Positions 25,212 to 38,364 of a stretch of 64,000 bases of DNA are shown here, one piece after another. Positions within the stretch are counted from its first letter, which is position 1. Every line of letters starts with the position of its first letter. A model generated the notes under the pieces. It did not search any database. It was given only the letters and a program-made list of their open reading frames with translations, and was not told the origin of the DNA. The translations under genes were made by a program, and so were the position numbers. This DNA comes from Vitrella brassicaformis CCMP3155 (taxonomy: Eukaryota; Protista; Chromerida), in contig CDMY01000236.1 in the NCBI GenBank assembly GCA_001179505.1, positions 62,001-126,000 on the forward strand, in the 5' to 3' direction.

Positions 25212-28200
25212 ATGAGTAAGCCATCATCAGCACCTAAGTTCGCTAAGAAGCTCAAGGAGCAGAGCGCCAAGCTCGAGATCGGCGACTCCCGGCTCCAACG
25301 AGAAGCCGTCGATGCCCTTCTACAGGCAGCCCTTGACTATCGCAACGAACCCAATGAGGTGGAGCAATGCCGCAGCACACTCTTCGCCACCTTGGACAAG
25401 GGCAGCTCTGCTGCCTCGCAGGCGGCCCTTCATGCTCTCGGTGAGAACCGGATCACATGAGAGGAGAAGATCTGTCATAGATCCGTGGTGTATGTGTGTT
25501 TGTTTGTTTGTTTGTTTGTGTGGGCTTCAGTTGAGCTGTGCATCGAGGGTCTTGCCGCGGTGGACAAGACACTCGATGAGATCGGCGCCAGACTGGCATG
25601 CGGCAAGCTGCATCGCAAGCTCATCCGGCCCTGCGCAGAACACCTCGTGCGTCTTGGCATGAAGGCAAAGGAGGATGGGACGCCCCTGCTGCCTCAGTCA
25701 TCACTTCGCAGCACCACCCAGCGCTTTCTTCTGCTCGAGCCTTCATTCGGCGTGGCACTGGTCGATGTGCTCGGAGACCGTATCGAGCAAATGTGGCAGG
25801 AGAATGAATGCGGCACTGAGGAGGGCGATCGTGGCCTGATGATACTGCTGCTCGATGTGGTGCGGCTGGCTGGGGTGAAGGAGAGCACCGAGGTGGGCAA
25901 TGTGACGGGATCAAGATGACAACTAGGAGAATGGCTGTCCATCTGCCCTCCTTCCATATATCCCTCAGGCTTGGGCGGCTTCACTCTACTCGAGTGCCGT
26001 CCATCGCATTATCCGGCTGGCCACCTCGGCCGATCCCCCCTTCCCCTTTCACCCTCCCGCGACGCTCCTCATCGCACACCTGCTGACTACCGTCCAGTCC
26101 GTCAACGACGCATCACCACCTGCCGGCAGCTATGCCGCCATCGATGGCATCCTTGCAGTCATGGAGAGGGGTGCCGGGCACTTGTGTGCCGGCGAAGGGC
26201 GGGAAGGAGAGCGGGACGAGGAGGCGCGTGAGTCTTTGGGGCGCCTTGTGGGCCTCATGGCCCTGACGTTGACTGATCGCGCCGTTCAAGCAAGGTCAGG
26301 ATCGCAGAAGGTTCGCCGCGTGTCACCGGCTGCTGTCTGTGTGGGTGTTGCAGGTGTAGCGATCGCGATGCATTGGCGGCTCTTCGACGGCTCACGGCGC
26401 CCCTTAGGTGGCCGATTGACGATCCGCTCGCCACACTCAAACGACACTCAGCCCCTTTCCACACGGTGGGCGCTGCTGATCTGGCCGCCACTGCACGCAC
26501 CATGTGGAGGACTCTCTTTGCTGTCAGGTGTTGGTAGCCTTCGCGTGGCTGGCGTGGACGTCAGAGGACAACTGTGACGAAATCGAAGAGGTGAGGACCG
26601 AAGAATGAGTGAGGTCCTCACTTGTCGACGAGAGAGCATACCTGATGGATGTGTCCTTCTTCCTGTCATAACTAACTTATCAGATCCTCACGATGCTGAG
26701 CCACCATTTGGATGCGGTGCACGCCGACATCCCCCGGGGGGTTCTGTCCTTCGTCGCCGCCCCTCTGCTCGCACTGCAGCAGCTGCTTTCGATGGCGTCA
26801 CTCCGTACGACCATCGATGCACTCATCGGCAAGTGCATCCCTGCTGCGGGAGCGGCAGCCCCGGCTTCGGCTTCTCTCTCTCCCCCCCAATTGTCCATTC
26901 AGCGGTCTGCCGTCTCGTTCCGGGCATGTCACCCGCCCCCACTGTCGACAGAGGTCGACCAGACGGGTGACGCCCTCATATGCCCCTTCCCGCACCTGGT
27001 GCCGTCATCGATTCTCGTCCACTGGCGAGAGGCGATGGAGGCAGAAGGGCCGACAGCACTGCCCTCCTGCTGGAGTGTGGACGGGGAGGTGTTGTGCGCC
27101 GACGGCTACGTGAGTCTAGCGTGTGCTGTGCTGATGCTGTGGCGGGAGCAGCCGTGGGCGCGGCTGAGGGGCCTGCAGGTGGTGTTCGAGGCGTCGTTCG
27201 GTGATGCCGTAGTGGCGGGGCGGCTGCTCCCGCATCTGGTGAGGTTTGTGGAGGACGAACAGAACGCACCTCTACAGGTAAGTACGGTGAGGGAATCGTC
27301 AATTGCCATGCAAACGGTTTGGATGAGACAGACGCCTGGCTGTCCCTGTATCACCACACCACACCACACCCAGGTGCTTGGCATGTATGTCATCGCATCC
27401 AAGTCGCACCCGAAGCTTTTACTGCCGGTCAGTCAGCACCGCCCTCCCTCGCCCACCCGCCCATTGATTTCATCCACACGCACCAAACACGTGTGATGTG
27501 TGTGTCCCTCACTCTCTCCTTTGCAGCCCACATTCAAGGCCATTCAGTACCTGACCACCGGTGAAGACGACCGCATCCGGGCACTCCACATACGCCTCAT
27601 GGGCAGACTGTATCTGCACGGCCACATGCCGCTCAGCAAGCTGAGTCGACTGGTGGCCTATGAGGGCGGCGACGGCCAGCCGGCCGTGGTGCGTCTGGCG
27701 CAGCTGAGTGTGCTGGGCGACATGGCTGGGGAGCAGCCCGATGATGCAGTGGAGTGCCTCTCGTCCATACAGGCCGCCCTCAAAGTGAGTGACGGCACGA
27801 TGCACACACACTTTGCGGACATTTGGACGGTCTATGCTATGTCTGATCCATCCATCCATCAGGATCCCTCCCCGGCTGTGTCGTCGGTAGCCCTTGGCTG
27901 CCTCACCCGCCTCTGCTGCCACGACCTGATGGACTTCGCCAAGGTGTGGGCCATACTCACCAAGAAACACCCACACCTCTTTGACTACGCCCAAGAACCG
28001 CTGGTGCACTATGCCGTGGCCCACTTCCTATCGAGATACGCCCACGTGGCTCTGAAGGACCAGATCGATGCGATTACGAAGGACAAGGGCGGCGGGGGCG
28101 GGGCGGTGACCCCTCTTGGCCACTTGGAGTACCTGAGCGGGCACTCACACCCAGAGGTCAGACGGGCGGCCTACCGGGGGCTGGCGGCACTGTTCCCCGG

Positions 28201-31200
28201 CTACTTCTACCCACCCATCACCACCACCACCACCACCGACACGCAACCAAGTGCACCAGCGGCTGACAAAGACAGCGAAGATGTGAGGAGTCAGGAACAG
28301 CACACGAGGAAAGTCCCTGCAGGCCATCTCTCTCGTGCCCTGCGTGCTCCCTTCAGAATGAATTTGATTTCGGCGGCTCTCGCGCGACGAAGCGCACTGA
28401 CCTGCCGGCGCCCTCGGCCACCCCTGACCGTTTGGTGCTGGTCAACTCGACACCGAGCGACATCGTGAGTGCGTTTGAGCGTGAGCGAGACCCCCAGGCG
28501 CTGGCGGGGCTGGGTGAGGTGATGACAGCTGTCATGAAGGTGGAGAGGGAGGAGTTGGGACGGCGGAAACGGACAGGTGGGGGGAAAGAATCGCAAACAG
28601 AGAGAGAGTCTGGCAAATTTGCTGAATGTGTTTGTTGGTTTCATTCTCTGTGTTGCAGAGGGTTTGGATCGTCTCAGGCACCCGCAGCTGGCGTTGCTGA
28701 ACAAGGTGCTGTCCTCATCCAACACATCCTCAGCACCCAGGCCTGTCGTTGCCGCAATACAACTCTTCACATTCACACCCAGAAAGTAGGCCAACGTGAC
28801 GGCACCACAAACCAGCTACCACACTGCACCATTTGTGCCTGTTTGCCTGACGTTTATCCAGTGTGCCCCCGGCAGCCATGCCGGAGAGCAAAGGCGGCAA
28901 GAAGGGCAGCAGCCGTGAGGAGAGGGAGAGGGAGGCTAGAGAGAACGAGAGGGCGCGGGTGCGGCAGAGGTGCATGCGGGTCGTCGACGAGATCATCGAG
29001 GACTGGAAGACACCCGCACCCACCCCACTGATGCGCTGGGTCATGCCTAACGCCTGGAACGGATTCGTTGACAGGTGGGCTGTGGGTGGGCGAGCTAATC
29101 AACCAGATACCTGTCGTTGGTGTCGGCAGGTATCTGAACGACATGGTGAGTGCTGACGACCCCTCTCAGCACATTGACGAGGCCGACCACCTTTTTGAGC
29201 ACCTGACGTCACTGCCCGACACCCGGTACTCGCTCCACAACGATCCAGAACCCGTCACGTCCATCCTGCACGCCCTCGCCGCCCTTGCCCGATCCTCCCC
29301 GCCCACCGCATCGCGGGCCATCGACTACCTCTCGTCACTGTTGCACCAGCAGCAGCACCAGCAGCAGCAGCAAGACGCCCCAGCAGCACACCCGGACTGG
29401 CTTGTCAGTTCTCTCTTCCAAGCTCTGGCGTCCATCCACGAGGCGGCCACGGTCGCAGGATTTGCCGATGGCGTCGTGTCGCGGATGCAGAGTGAGGATG
29501 GGGATGTGCGTGAGGGTCTGATGGTGTGTCTGGTGGCCGAGGGCGAGGCCAACTGGGCGCACAGCGGCGCGGGAGTGTGGGAGATGTTGGTGAAGGGGCT
29601 CACACAGGGCCAGCAGCAGGTGGGCTGGGGTGCAATTCTTGCTGTGGCCAGGATGGTGGTTGTCTTGGGCAAGCACCAGCCGGACGAGGCCAACCTTCAT
29701 AAGGTATGTGGAGGCACACAAACAAACACTGACCGAGAGTCGCATGGATGAATGTACACTGTCTGTCGTGTGTGTATCAGTTTCTCCGGTTGTTCGATGA
29801 GTGTGGTGGCCATGTGGAGACCTCGCCCTTGCTGCTTGTCGTCATGAGCACTCTCGTCCCCACGCTCTTCTTCCACTCAAAAGGCACGTGGACACAGATG
29901 CAGAGGACAACGCCATCCAAGTGCTCTCCCTCTTTCTCCGTCTGCAGTGACATCCGATGAGGTCCGTGATATCGTTCGCATCACAGCCCAGCTGCTGGGC
30001 TGCTCCGCCCCTCCAGCACTTGACGCCACGGCGGCGGGGCTGGTGTGGGTGGGCGCCACACATCTCGCCACGTCACTCGTCCCCATGGTCAGATGGATGG
30101 ACCACCAGCGACAACAAGCTGACCAGACCGATGACCCGAATGCACAGCTGAAGGTGAGATGGGCGGCGGGGAACGACACTTAGCACATTGCTGCTCTGTG
30201 GTCGGTGTTTGTTTCTTCCTTCCAGTCTGAAGTGTTCAGTCTTCACGAGATGCTTTCATCGTGGGTGCGGCCGACAGCCTCCTCCCTGCCGCCGTTTCTG
30301 GCCTCCCTCCCCAGCATGATTCTCAAGTCACTCCGCCCCATCGCCACGGCCACTCTGCTGGGCGTGCCGTCGCTCATACCCTTCCCCTCCTTCCTGTCCT
30401 CACACACACACCCATCACTGGCCCTGCCACTGGAGCGACTGGACAGCCTGCATGGCGGTGGCCGCGGTGAGGATGTGGCCCGGCTGGTGGATGCGTTAGT
30501 GGGCGGTGGGGGGAAAAGGAGCGGCGCTGGTGGTGGTGGAGGTGGTGGTTTGCAAGATGGCATCGGGGCTGTTGTCGTGGGGATGGTCACGCAGAGACTC
30601 AAGACGCTCAGGTGCGTGTAGAGGCATGCACACCTGGCTGGCTCGCGCATTCACTTTCTTTGCCTTCACTCACTGCAGGAAACCGGTCGCATTGGACATC
30701 CTGAAGGACAAGTCTCTGATCCGTGCCCTGATCTGCCTGCTGGTGCAGTCCGTCACCAGCCCCTCACCCGCAGTCCCCGCCCCATGCGCTCATCTGGCCG
30801 TCGGTCTCAAGGCCCTCTCTCTGCTGCACTGCCTGCCCGACCTCAACCTGCGAGTGCTGCTCGCGGCATCCCTCTCGCGAGCGACAGCTACTCCGGACCA
30901 TGTGTGTGTGCGTGAGGAGCTGCTGGAGGGTGTGGTGAGGTTTTGTGCCAGCCACGCCGGCAACGACGGGTCGCTGGCCATGGTGGTCCTTGACGCCGTC
31001 GGCAAATACGGACACATGACCAGGTGAGGAGAGGAGAGGGCTGAACAGACAGACAGACGAGGGCCGGCCGCATCGACGGCGTCTTCATCATTTTCTTCTG
31101 TTTATGGGTGCAGGCGTCAGCGTCTGGATGTGCTCAGCGGCCTTCCAGCCGTGGCCCCGCTCACCCCCATCCGCGCCTTGCGGGACTCACTGACCTTCCT

Positions 31201-32722
31201 CTTTCTAGAGCTCCCACTGCCATCCGCCGACCCGCCCCTCTGGACAGCGGCACTGCACTCTCTGGCCCTCTCTGTCGACCCACACCCGCCCCGAGACCCA
31301 TCAAAGCCACACAGAATGGCGCCATCGTACCCAGCAACAAAGGCCAAGTCGGCGCAGACATTGGAGAGGGCGAAGGCGGCGGCCGATGTGATCAGTGACG
31401 TTGTGTTGAGCCGGCTCGATGCTGCTGCTGCTGCTGGTGACGGAGTGCCGTTCAGCGTGTGTGAGGCGCTGGGGGATGTGTTGGGCGTGGTGCGGGGGGT
31501 GGGCGGGGAGATTGAGGGGACGTATGGGCGGGTGCCGCTGTACACCATGGGCGCGCTGGTGCTAAAGGTACGCAAGTCGACAGCAAGACATTGGTCTGTG
31601 TGTGGGTTGACCGTTTGTTTCCTTGGCTGCCCTCGTGTGTGTGTCTGTTGTCAGTATGGCGTGGATTGGTCGGCGCTGCAGCCCTACCGGGACGACATCA
31701 TACGGGACCACGACCGTCAGGGCAACCCCATTCCCCTTGCCGCCATCCTTTCGTCCGATCGGCTGTTTCACCAGGTGCTCAGCTACGCCCAGATCGTCAA
31801 TGCGTCATCCCCCGCTGGCCGCATCGAGTCGCTCACCGCCCTTGCGCTCACACAGGGGCTGGCCAAGGTGCGGCCGGTCGCTCTGTGTGCCCTCGCCGTC
31901 ACTGTTGCCCTCTACATGACGGCCCCTTCCCTCGCACACCTGCTTTTCTCATCAATGCAAGACGCCGCCGCACAACAAGCCGAGGAAGAGGAAAAGAGAG
32001 GCGGTGGTGGCGAGAGGTCGGATGGGACGCATGATGCGTGGTCTGAGGGCGAGTGTCGGCCGCTGGTGGATGGTGTGGACGTGTGGCTGCCCCAAGACAC
32101 GGGCGACTGCTTCCTCGAGGACTGTGAGAGCGACCTCGTCAGCACACTCGCCTTCACCACACAGCGGTCCATCCACGACCCCTGGTGGCGCCAAGTGTCA
32201 TCCCCTGCGGATGGCGCGCACCCTCTGCGGCCTTCCTACACTGTGGCTGTCGGTCTCATAGCCACCGGTCTCCTGGGCGGCCCCCCTGACTGCCTTGTCC
32301 GGCCGCCATCGTCACTCCTGGGCTCTTCCTACGGCGTGCAGCAGTGGCGAGAGCACGGAGAGCGCGTCAAGGACATGAAGGACAAGAGGGGCACGGCAGA
32401 CGATGTGCAAAGGCGAGCGAGAAAGGCCGCACTGAGACGCAGGCTGCCACGTGATCTGCACAACGAAGCGAGTAGCGGGTGTTGTGGGTCTGTGGATGAG
32501 GAAGTAGTGGGCCATGGCCGAGTGTTTCACTGCTCGGCCAGTGAGCGGATGGTAAGTCTGTGTGTGTGGATGGGTGGGTGGGTGGTCAGGGAGACAGAGA
32601 GGACGTTCGGTGGCAGCAGCGAGAGAAACGGGGCAAGATGTGTGTCGCGTGAGTGCATTGCGAAGCTGCATGCCCTGCTGAGGGAGGCTAGGAAAGATCT
32701 GGCTGACTTGAGTAAGGACTGA
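25212..32722 (+). CDS. FOCAD: Focadhesin/RST1-like (DUF3730) large helical-repeat protein, multi-exon
   Basis: Starts MSKPSSAPKFAKKL. A long run of alpha-helical exons includes PAVSSVALGCLTRLCCHDLMDFAKVWAILTKK and HPEVRRAAYRGLAALFP, resembling the DUF3730 segment of focadhesin/RST1. Stop TAA at about 32722. Confidence 0.65.
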
Positions 32723-32919
32723 GAAGATCCCAGCTGGTTCGTCGGTCAATGCATCTAAGCATCCAAGCCACCCATCCATATCCACATGAATGCACCACTC
32801 CAGGACCTACGCACGGCACGCATCCCATCAGCATGATGCAACTCTGTCCGTTGACAAACACTGGAATATAAAATGTAGGCAGCCATGAAATCACACAGCC
32901 ATGTAATAGTGGCCATCAT

Positions 32920-35583
32920 CGCCTCATCGCTCCCAACCTCGCCCACCAGCCCACCTGCTCACTGGGACCCTTCTGACCGCCGGTCTCAAACAACATTCCT
33001 CCTGCCGGCACGGCGTCGCCCTCGTCTCTCGGTGGCCGCCGAAGCGGCCAAGTATGCGGTAACACACAGACGAGAAGAGACACGATGAAGTGCTCTCAGC
33101 GTCTTCCTTTCTCCCTCCCCTACATACCTGTGGGGCCGCGATCGACGCTGCAGCCAATGTTGGATGAAGTACTAGGAGAGGCCCACAGATGTGATGAGGT
33201 GGAGACGGCGATCCACCTTCACACAGACGCGAGACACGTGAGTTGATCAGTACAGCATATTTGACAGCTCACATTCGACGTGCAAACGGCTGGGAAGGCG
33301 GTGCGGTTGAGGGTCGTTATCGGTCGATCAGATATAAAATGTAGCCAGCGATCTGCCGACCAGCAACATTGTAAAGATAAGCAGGCCGGCTGTCTCGGTG
33401 TTGTGTCAGTGAGCACACCTGCTTGTGAGCTCACGCCTCTTCATTGGGGGGCCGATGAGTGGTGCTGGGGGGGCTTTCCCTCCTAGGGCGGCGGCTGTGA
33501 TGTTTGACGAGGGGCGGGGAGGGGGACCTGACGGCCTCGGGGGAAGGAGGATACCACACAATGGCGTGAAAGGTGGTGCCGATGCCCCGCTGGCTGGTGT
33601 GCGAGAGGGAGGGTGTGATGGCTGGGAAGGGGGCAATGCTGGCGGCGGCCGCAGCAGTGGGGCAGGGGAAGGAACCGGTGGAGCAGACCCACAGGGGCCT
33701 GGGGGGCCGTCGACATTCTCACCTGATTGACTGATTCATCAAAAGAAGCAAAAGAGTATACAGACAGATGTAATTGATGGTCTGAGAATATATATCTGTG
33801 TCTGTGTACCAGCGAGGCGCCTGCGGTGCAGTGAAGCCGCCTTGACCATCTCCTTCTGAACAGACACAGACACACACAAACACCGATCGTTTGATCAATG
33901 GACCGCACCGCAGCGGATCGATGCATTAATGAACGAATGAATCATGTGTGTGGCTCTGTCATGGCTGGCTGATAGGCGGGCGTACCTTCTCCCTCGCCAA
34001 CTTGGCTATCAGGTTCTCGCGCCGCCGTATTGTGTCCACCAGCTCGATGATCTGCTCTGCACACACACACGGTAGACAGACACACACACATACATCTCAT
34101 CCAAGGTGCTGTGCTGTGTTGTGTAATGTTCTGTTGTTAAGACCTACCTTGTGAGTAGCAGTACTTGTCGAGGAGCCTGGTGACCTCAAGATACAGCGTC
34201 CTCGAGTTGTACTTCGCGAGGCCTGCGCGGCACACAGCACAGCAGATATATATATCAGTCAGATCAATGAATGCAGTCAGTCCTTGTGTCTGTCAAGGAG
34301 CGAGGCTGGCTCACTCACTCCGAATGAATGAATGAATGGTTTGCTTACGGTTCTCTTGGACCTCCTTCCACAGGGTGCCCTCGTCGACGAGCTGGCTGTA
34401 GTTGAGCTCCAGCAGTGTGGGGGCCTCCTCAATCGACTGGAAGAGGCTCCCTGGTGGCCTTGCCGGCGGCTCGCCAGCGCACCAGATGGGCGGGCGGGAC
34501 AATGTCATGGTGCGGCGCCGAAGGTCCTCACGCAGTCGCTGCCGACAACTTGACGGAAGTGATGGGCACCTGACGGAAGTGCTCAGGCGCCTGCAACAAA
34601 TGCCGTACATAAACACAACATAACAAAACACAACACACGTCACGTATGCAACGTGCATCTCTTCGCCGCTCTCGCTGTGTGTTCGTTGGTGCTCACCATG
34701 TACAGCAGGTCTCCGACCATCGTCTGCGTGTCCGTCAGCACACTACCTACCGGCACGCAAAAGTCGAAATCGATGAGTACCACACTCCTGATGCTCCCGC
34801 CTGCGGTGCAGTGCGGCCGCCTTGCCCATCTCCCTCTGAACGGACACACACATACATAGGTTGATCCACGCACACCGGATCGATGACTGAATGAATCATG
34901 TGTATGGCTCATCGCTGATACTATTAGGCGTACCTTTTCCCTCGCCAGCTTGGCTATCAGCTTCTCGCGCCGGTCTATCGTCGCCACCAGCTCTTTGATG
35001 TGTTCTGCACACACACACGGTCGACAGACAGGCGCTGTATTGTGTTGTATTGCTAAACCTACCTTTCAACCAGCAGTAGTCCTCGAGAAGATGAGTCACC
35101 TCGAGATACAGGGTCCTTGAGTTGTACTTGTCCAGTCCTGCACACAGCACACAGCAGACGTCAGATGCAGTCAATTGTCAATTGGATGCAGTCTTTGTGT
35201 CGAGTAGGCTGGCTCAGAATGGTTTGCTCACGTTTCTCCTTGACCTCCCTCCAGACCGTCTTCTCCTTCAAGAGCTTCTGGTAGTCCAGCTCCCGCAGTC
35301 CAGGGGCCTCCTCAGGTGACTGATAGAGGCTCCCGGGTGGCCTTGGCGGCGGTTCCCCAGCGCACCAGATGGAAGGTTCAGTCATGGTGCGGCGCCGAAG
35401 GTCCTCACAGTCGCTGCCCCGCGCGCATTCGTCACGCACTCGCTCATAGCGAGGGATGGCGTCCAATTGCAGGAGGAGGCGCAGGCGCCGGGAGGGATGC
35501 TCTACGATGGCGGGAGGGAAAAAGGGACGCAATATGATGACAGAAGGAGGAAGAAATGCGCCCAGAATGCGGCGGAATACCAT
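32920..35583 (-). CDS. Hypothetical protein with two tandem copies of a 4-exon, roughly 110-aa module and a Pro-rich C-terminal part
   Basis: ATG 35583 MVFRRILGAFL. Copy 1: EDLRRRTM..IWCAGEPPPRPPGSLYQS..|GLDKYNSRTLYLEVTHLL|AEHIKELVATIDRREKLIAKLAREK|REMGKAAALHRRR. Copy 2: EDLRRRTM..IWCAGEPPARPPGSLFQS..|GLAKYNSRTLYLEVTRLL|AEQIIELVDTIRRRENLIAKLAREK|KEMVKAASLHRRR. The 3' end is uncertain, and this could be two tandem genes. Confidence 0.55.
33820..35410. repeat. Imperfect tandem duplication (about 33820-34530 vs 34800-35410) including both exons and introns
   Basis: For example ggatcgatg..aatgaatcatgtgt..ggcgtacctt(c/t)tccctcgcca(a/g)cttggctatcag occurs near 33917 and near 34877, and gcggtgcagtg..gccgccttg.ccatctcc.tctgaac at 33823 and 34803. 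Confidence 0.85.
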
Positions 35584-36205
35584 ATTTTCTCCCTCTGATG
35601 GAGCAGGGCGAAAAAAATCAAACGTCTCGTCTCGCGGGATTTCTCGCCAAGGAGGTCAGGGTCCCATTATTCATTCTCGATAGGTGGAATAGAAACCGCC
35701 AGCCACGTCCAGCCTCGCTCCGCTCTGCACTGTTGCCTCTCCCCCGTGCGCCAGTTCAGATGTGCTCATATGTACAACAGACAGACAGACTTCTTCTGAG
35801 GTGATGTGAAAGCGATTGATTGCCGTTCGGATAGTGCTTTAGTTGACGTGCATGGCTCAGGAGCGGACACACGAATTGACCAACCACCGACACAACAAAA
35901 ACAATCCATGCAGCGGTGTCAGTTGGATGGCTGCACATCCCCCCTCTCAACTCCCCTCTCCACACACAGGACGTCACGCACCACTAGACACGGCAAAACT
36001 GTCTCTCTGCACGCCGAGTGATGAGTCTCCCTCTCCCCCTAGCCATGCCAATCACATAAACGCACACACCGCCTCTCTGAGACCGTCACTCCATGCACAC
36101 TCTGCTGGCCAGCGCTACTGTTAACACCAATGACCTCTACCTGTCCATGCATCCCCTCCATCCCTCCATCTGCTACACCATCATTATGGCGTCCTGGCCG
36201 GCTAA

Positions 36206-37915
36206 CTAGTTGATGCCCAGCGGCTGGAAGAGGCCGATCTCATTGACCCACCCTAACTGACCCCAACCGAACTGACAGTCGTCATTCCCTAGGTGGCTGT
36301 TGAAGCCCTTGATCACACCAGTCAGCCCATATCGGGCCGCCTCGTCCAGCCGCGCCCTGTGGACCACCTCGCGCAGACCCACGCGCCGCACACTCGTCCC
36401 CTGTATGACGGCGAAGCACTGGAGGGGCACCCGCACCACCCGACCGCCCACACTGGCCATGCCGCCGATGACCTCCTGATTGCCGGCCGTCTTGGTGGCT
36501 GCGCACTTGACGAAGTGCTGCATGGCCCTCTTGATGCGGTTGGCCACCTCGGCCTGCCCGAGGGTGACGGTGTCGACGGCCTCTGGCTTGTGCAGGAAGG
36601 CACCGATCTTCCATGCCACCTGGGGCAGCAGTGGAGTCAGCACGCTGGCGGCGTCACGCTGGGGGCAGAGGGCGCCGTTGACGCCGTCCATGACGGCCTG
36701 CGGCAGCTCGTCGTTGAGGACGGTCAGGTACTCGGCCAACACCACACCATGGGCCTCTCGGTCGGACTGGGTGGCGTTGGGTGGCAGCTGCTGTGGCGTC
36801 CGCACCATGTCGATGGCTGCCCCCGATGCCAGCAGTGTGCGGATGGCCCGCTGCAGCGGGATCTCATCGCGCGGCACTAAGGGATACTCCTCCTCACCAG
36901 CATCACCTTGGCTGCGCAACTGGGCGACCCTCATGGCAGCGCGGCCCAAGGGCGTCTGGTGGGCGCCAAATTCCCCTCGGGCTGGGGCTGTGTTGATCTG
37001 TGCGGGGCTGAGATGCTGACACAGCCACTCGATCATGTGATACGACGAGTTGTGTGCCGCTTCCGGCAGGGCCGACTCGACGATGCTGGCGCCGTTGTCC
37101 ATCATCAGCTGCAGGTAGCCGTGGATGAAGCCCTCTGAGTAGATGGGGCCAATCGTGGCTGCGTAACCGATGACATTGCTGCCAACAATTGCCTCGGTGA
37201 CGAGAGAGGGGTCGAGCTTGACGAGGTAGTTGAAGATATCCATCAGGGCCGCCTCATAATGCTCGCTGGAGTGAACCCGACGTGGGAGGCTGAGCAGGTA
37301 CAGTCCTAGTCGTGCTTGTCCTGATGGATGTCCACGCAGAACCGCCCCGTGTGCGACGAGTGTCTTGACCGCTGTGAGGTTGCCCGCACGTACGGCTGTC
37401 TGGATAGGGCACTTGCTATGACCCTCAATACTCAACCCCGGGCGGCCCAACCAGGTGCCCGCTACAAATGATGGCCCATCGACGCTAGCACCCTCCTGGA
37501 TCAGAGCCGACAGGATGGCCGCCTGCGCCTCGCGTGACGGCCACAGCGGCAAGACGAGCCATCTGCCGTCCCTGCCGTCTCGCCCGAAGCATAGCCCGCG
37601 CTCGAGTGCCGTGGGAGCGCTCCAGTCGTCGATGGCCAATGACAGCAGACACACATACAGCTCGATTTGGATGCGTGATCCCCCACTCAGGGTGATCGTG
37701 GTAATGAGGTCGATGCGGATCCGGCGGTCGGCCCCCTTGCGGACGAGCCTCCGGATGCCGTCAGGTGTGATTGCGCGTCGCAGGATGCCCTGGACGAGCC
37801 GCTTGGTGGCATTGCTGGTGTTGGGCGGGAAACGGGCCTCCACCTTCTCTATCTTCATCTCCTGCTGTAGTGGCTGTGGCTGTGGCTGCTGCCCGGCTGA
37901 TGAAGAGGCCGACAT
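36206..37915 (-). CDS. Intronless ankyrin-repeat protein of a lineage-expanded family
   Basis: Single ORF of about 570 aa. Ankyrin-like segments AILSALIQEGASVD, PIQTAVRAGNLTAVKTLVAHGA, TPLGRAA, AIRTLLASGAAID. C-terminus GNQEVIGG..QCFAV..GLREVVHRARLDEAA..VIKGFNSHLGNDDCQFGW is recalled as typical of a Vitrella multi-copy family. Confidence 0.8.
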   Translation of the reverse strand: MSASSSAGQQPQPQPLQQEMKIEKVEARFPPNTSNATKRLVQGILRRAITPDGIRRLVRKGADRRIRIDLITTITLSGGSRIQIELYVCLLSLAIDDWSAPTALERGLCFGRDGRDGRWLVLPLWPSREAQAAILSALIQEGASVDGPSFVAGTWLGRPGLSIEGHSKCPIQTAVRAGNLTAVKTLVAHGAVLRGHPSGQARLGLYLLSLPRRVHSSEHYEAALMDIFNYLVKLDPSLVTEAIVGSNVIGYAATIGPIYSEGFIHGYLQLMMDNGASIVESALPEAAHNSSYHMIEWLCQHLSPAQINTAPARGEFGAHQTPLGRAAMRVAQLRSQGDAGEEEYPLVPRDEIPLQRAIRTLLASGAAIDMVRTPQQLPPNATQSDREAHGVVLAEYLTVLNDELPQAVMDGVNGALCPQRDAASVLTPLLPQVAWKIGAFLHKPEAVDTVTLGQAEVANRIKRAMQHFVKCAATKTAGNQEVIGGMASVGGRVVRVPLQCFAVIQGTSVRRVGLREVVHRARLDEAARYGLTGVIKGFNSHLGNDDCQFGWGQLGWVNEIGLFQPLGIN

Positions 37916-38364
37916 GATCCTCAAGTCCTGCGCACAGCAGAATCACACACAACACATGGTCAGTTGCTATCACACTTGGTGTGATGTGCCGCCCTGCTGT
38001 ACCTGAGAACTGGTCACTGAAAAAGGGCTCCAGACGCCGTGACTGAGCCAGTCACGTTGACGAACCTACGCCAAGCGGTCTGCACGAACACAAGCAGCAC
38101 GGTCGGCTGCTGTCGGACAACAGGAGGGATCCGCGCACCTGATCTTTTGTGAGGGCTCGTCAGTCCGTCAGCAGCTGGCCGCTGACTCCTCGGACCGCCA
38201 CGCAACGACAGCAATGCTGCCTGCATGGACAGACAGGGGGAATAAGCAGATGCATCCATCCTTTTGGCAAGATCTCCTTCTCCATCTCTTTGCCGCAGTA
38301 CCAGAGATCTGCGCTTCGATTTGTTCTCCTAGGCCACTCCCTCCTGAAACCGCAATCTTGGCCA

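Noticed and set aside
33820-35410. CRISPR array or LTR pair suggested by the repeated blocks
   Set aside because: Only two diverged copies of an exon/intron block. There is no repeat-spacer periodicity, TG..CA ends, PBS or RT/integrase.
36293-38006. Plus-strand ORFs (195, 179 and 183 aa) opposite the ankyrin gene
   Set aside because: Shadow ORFs from high GC3 codon usage.
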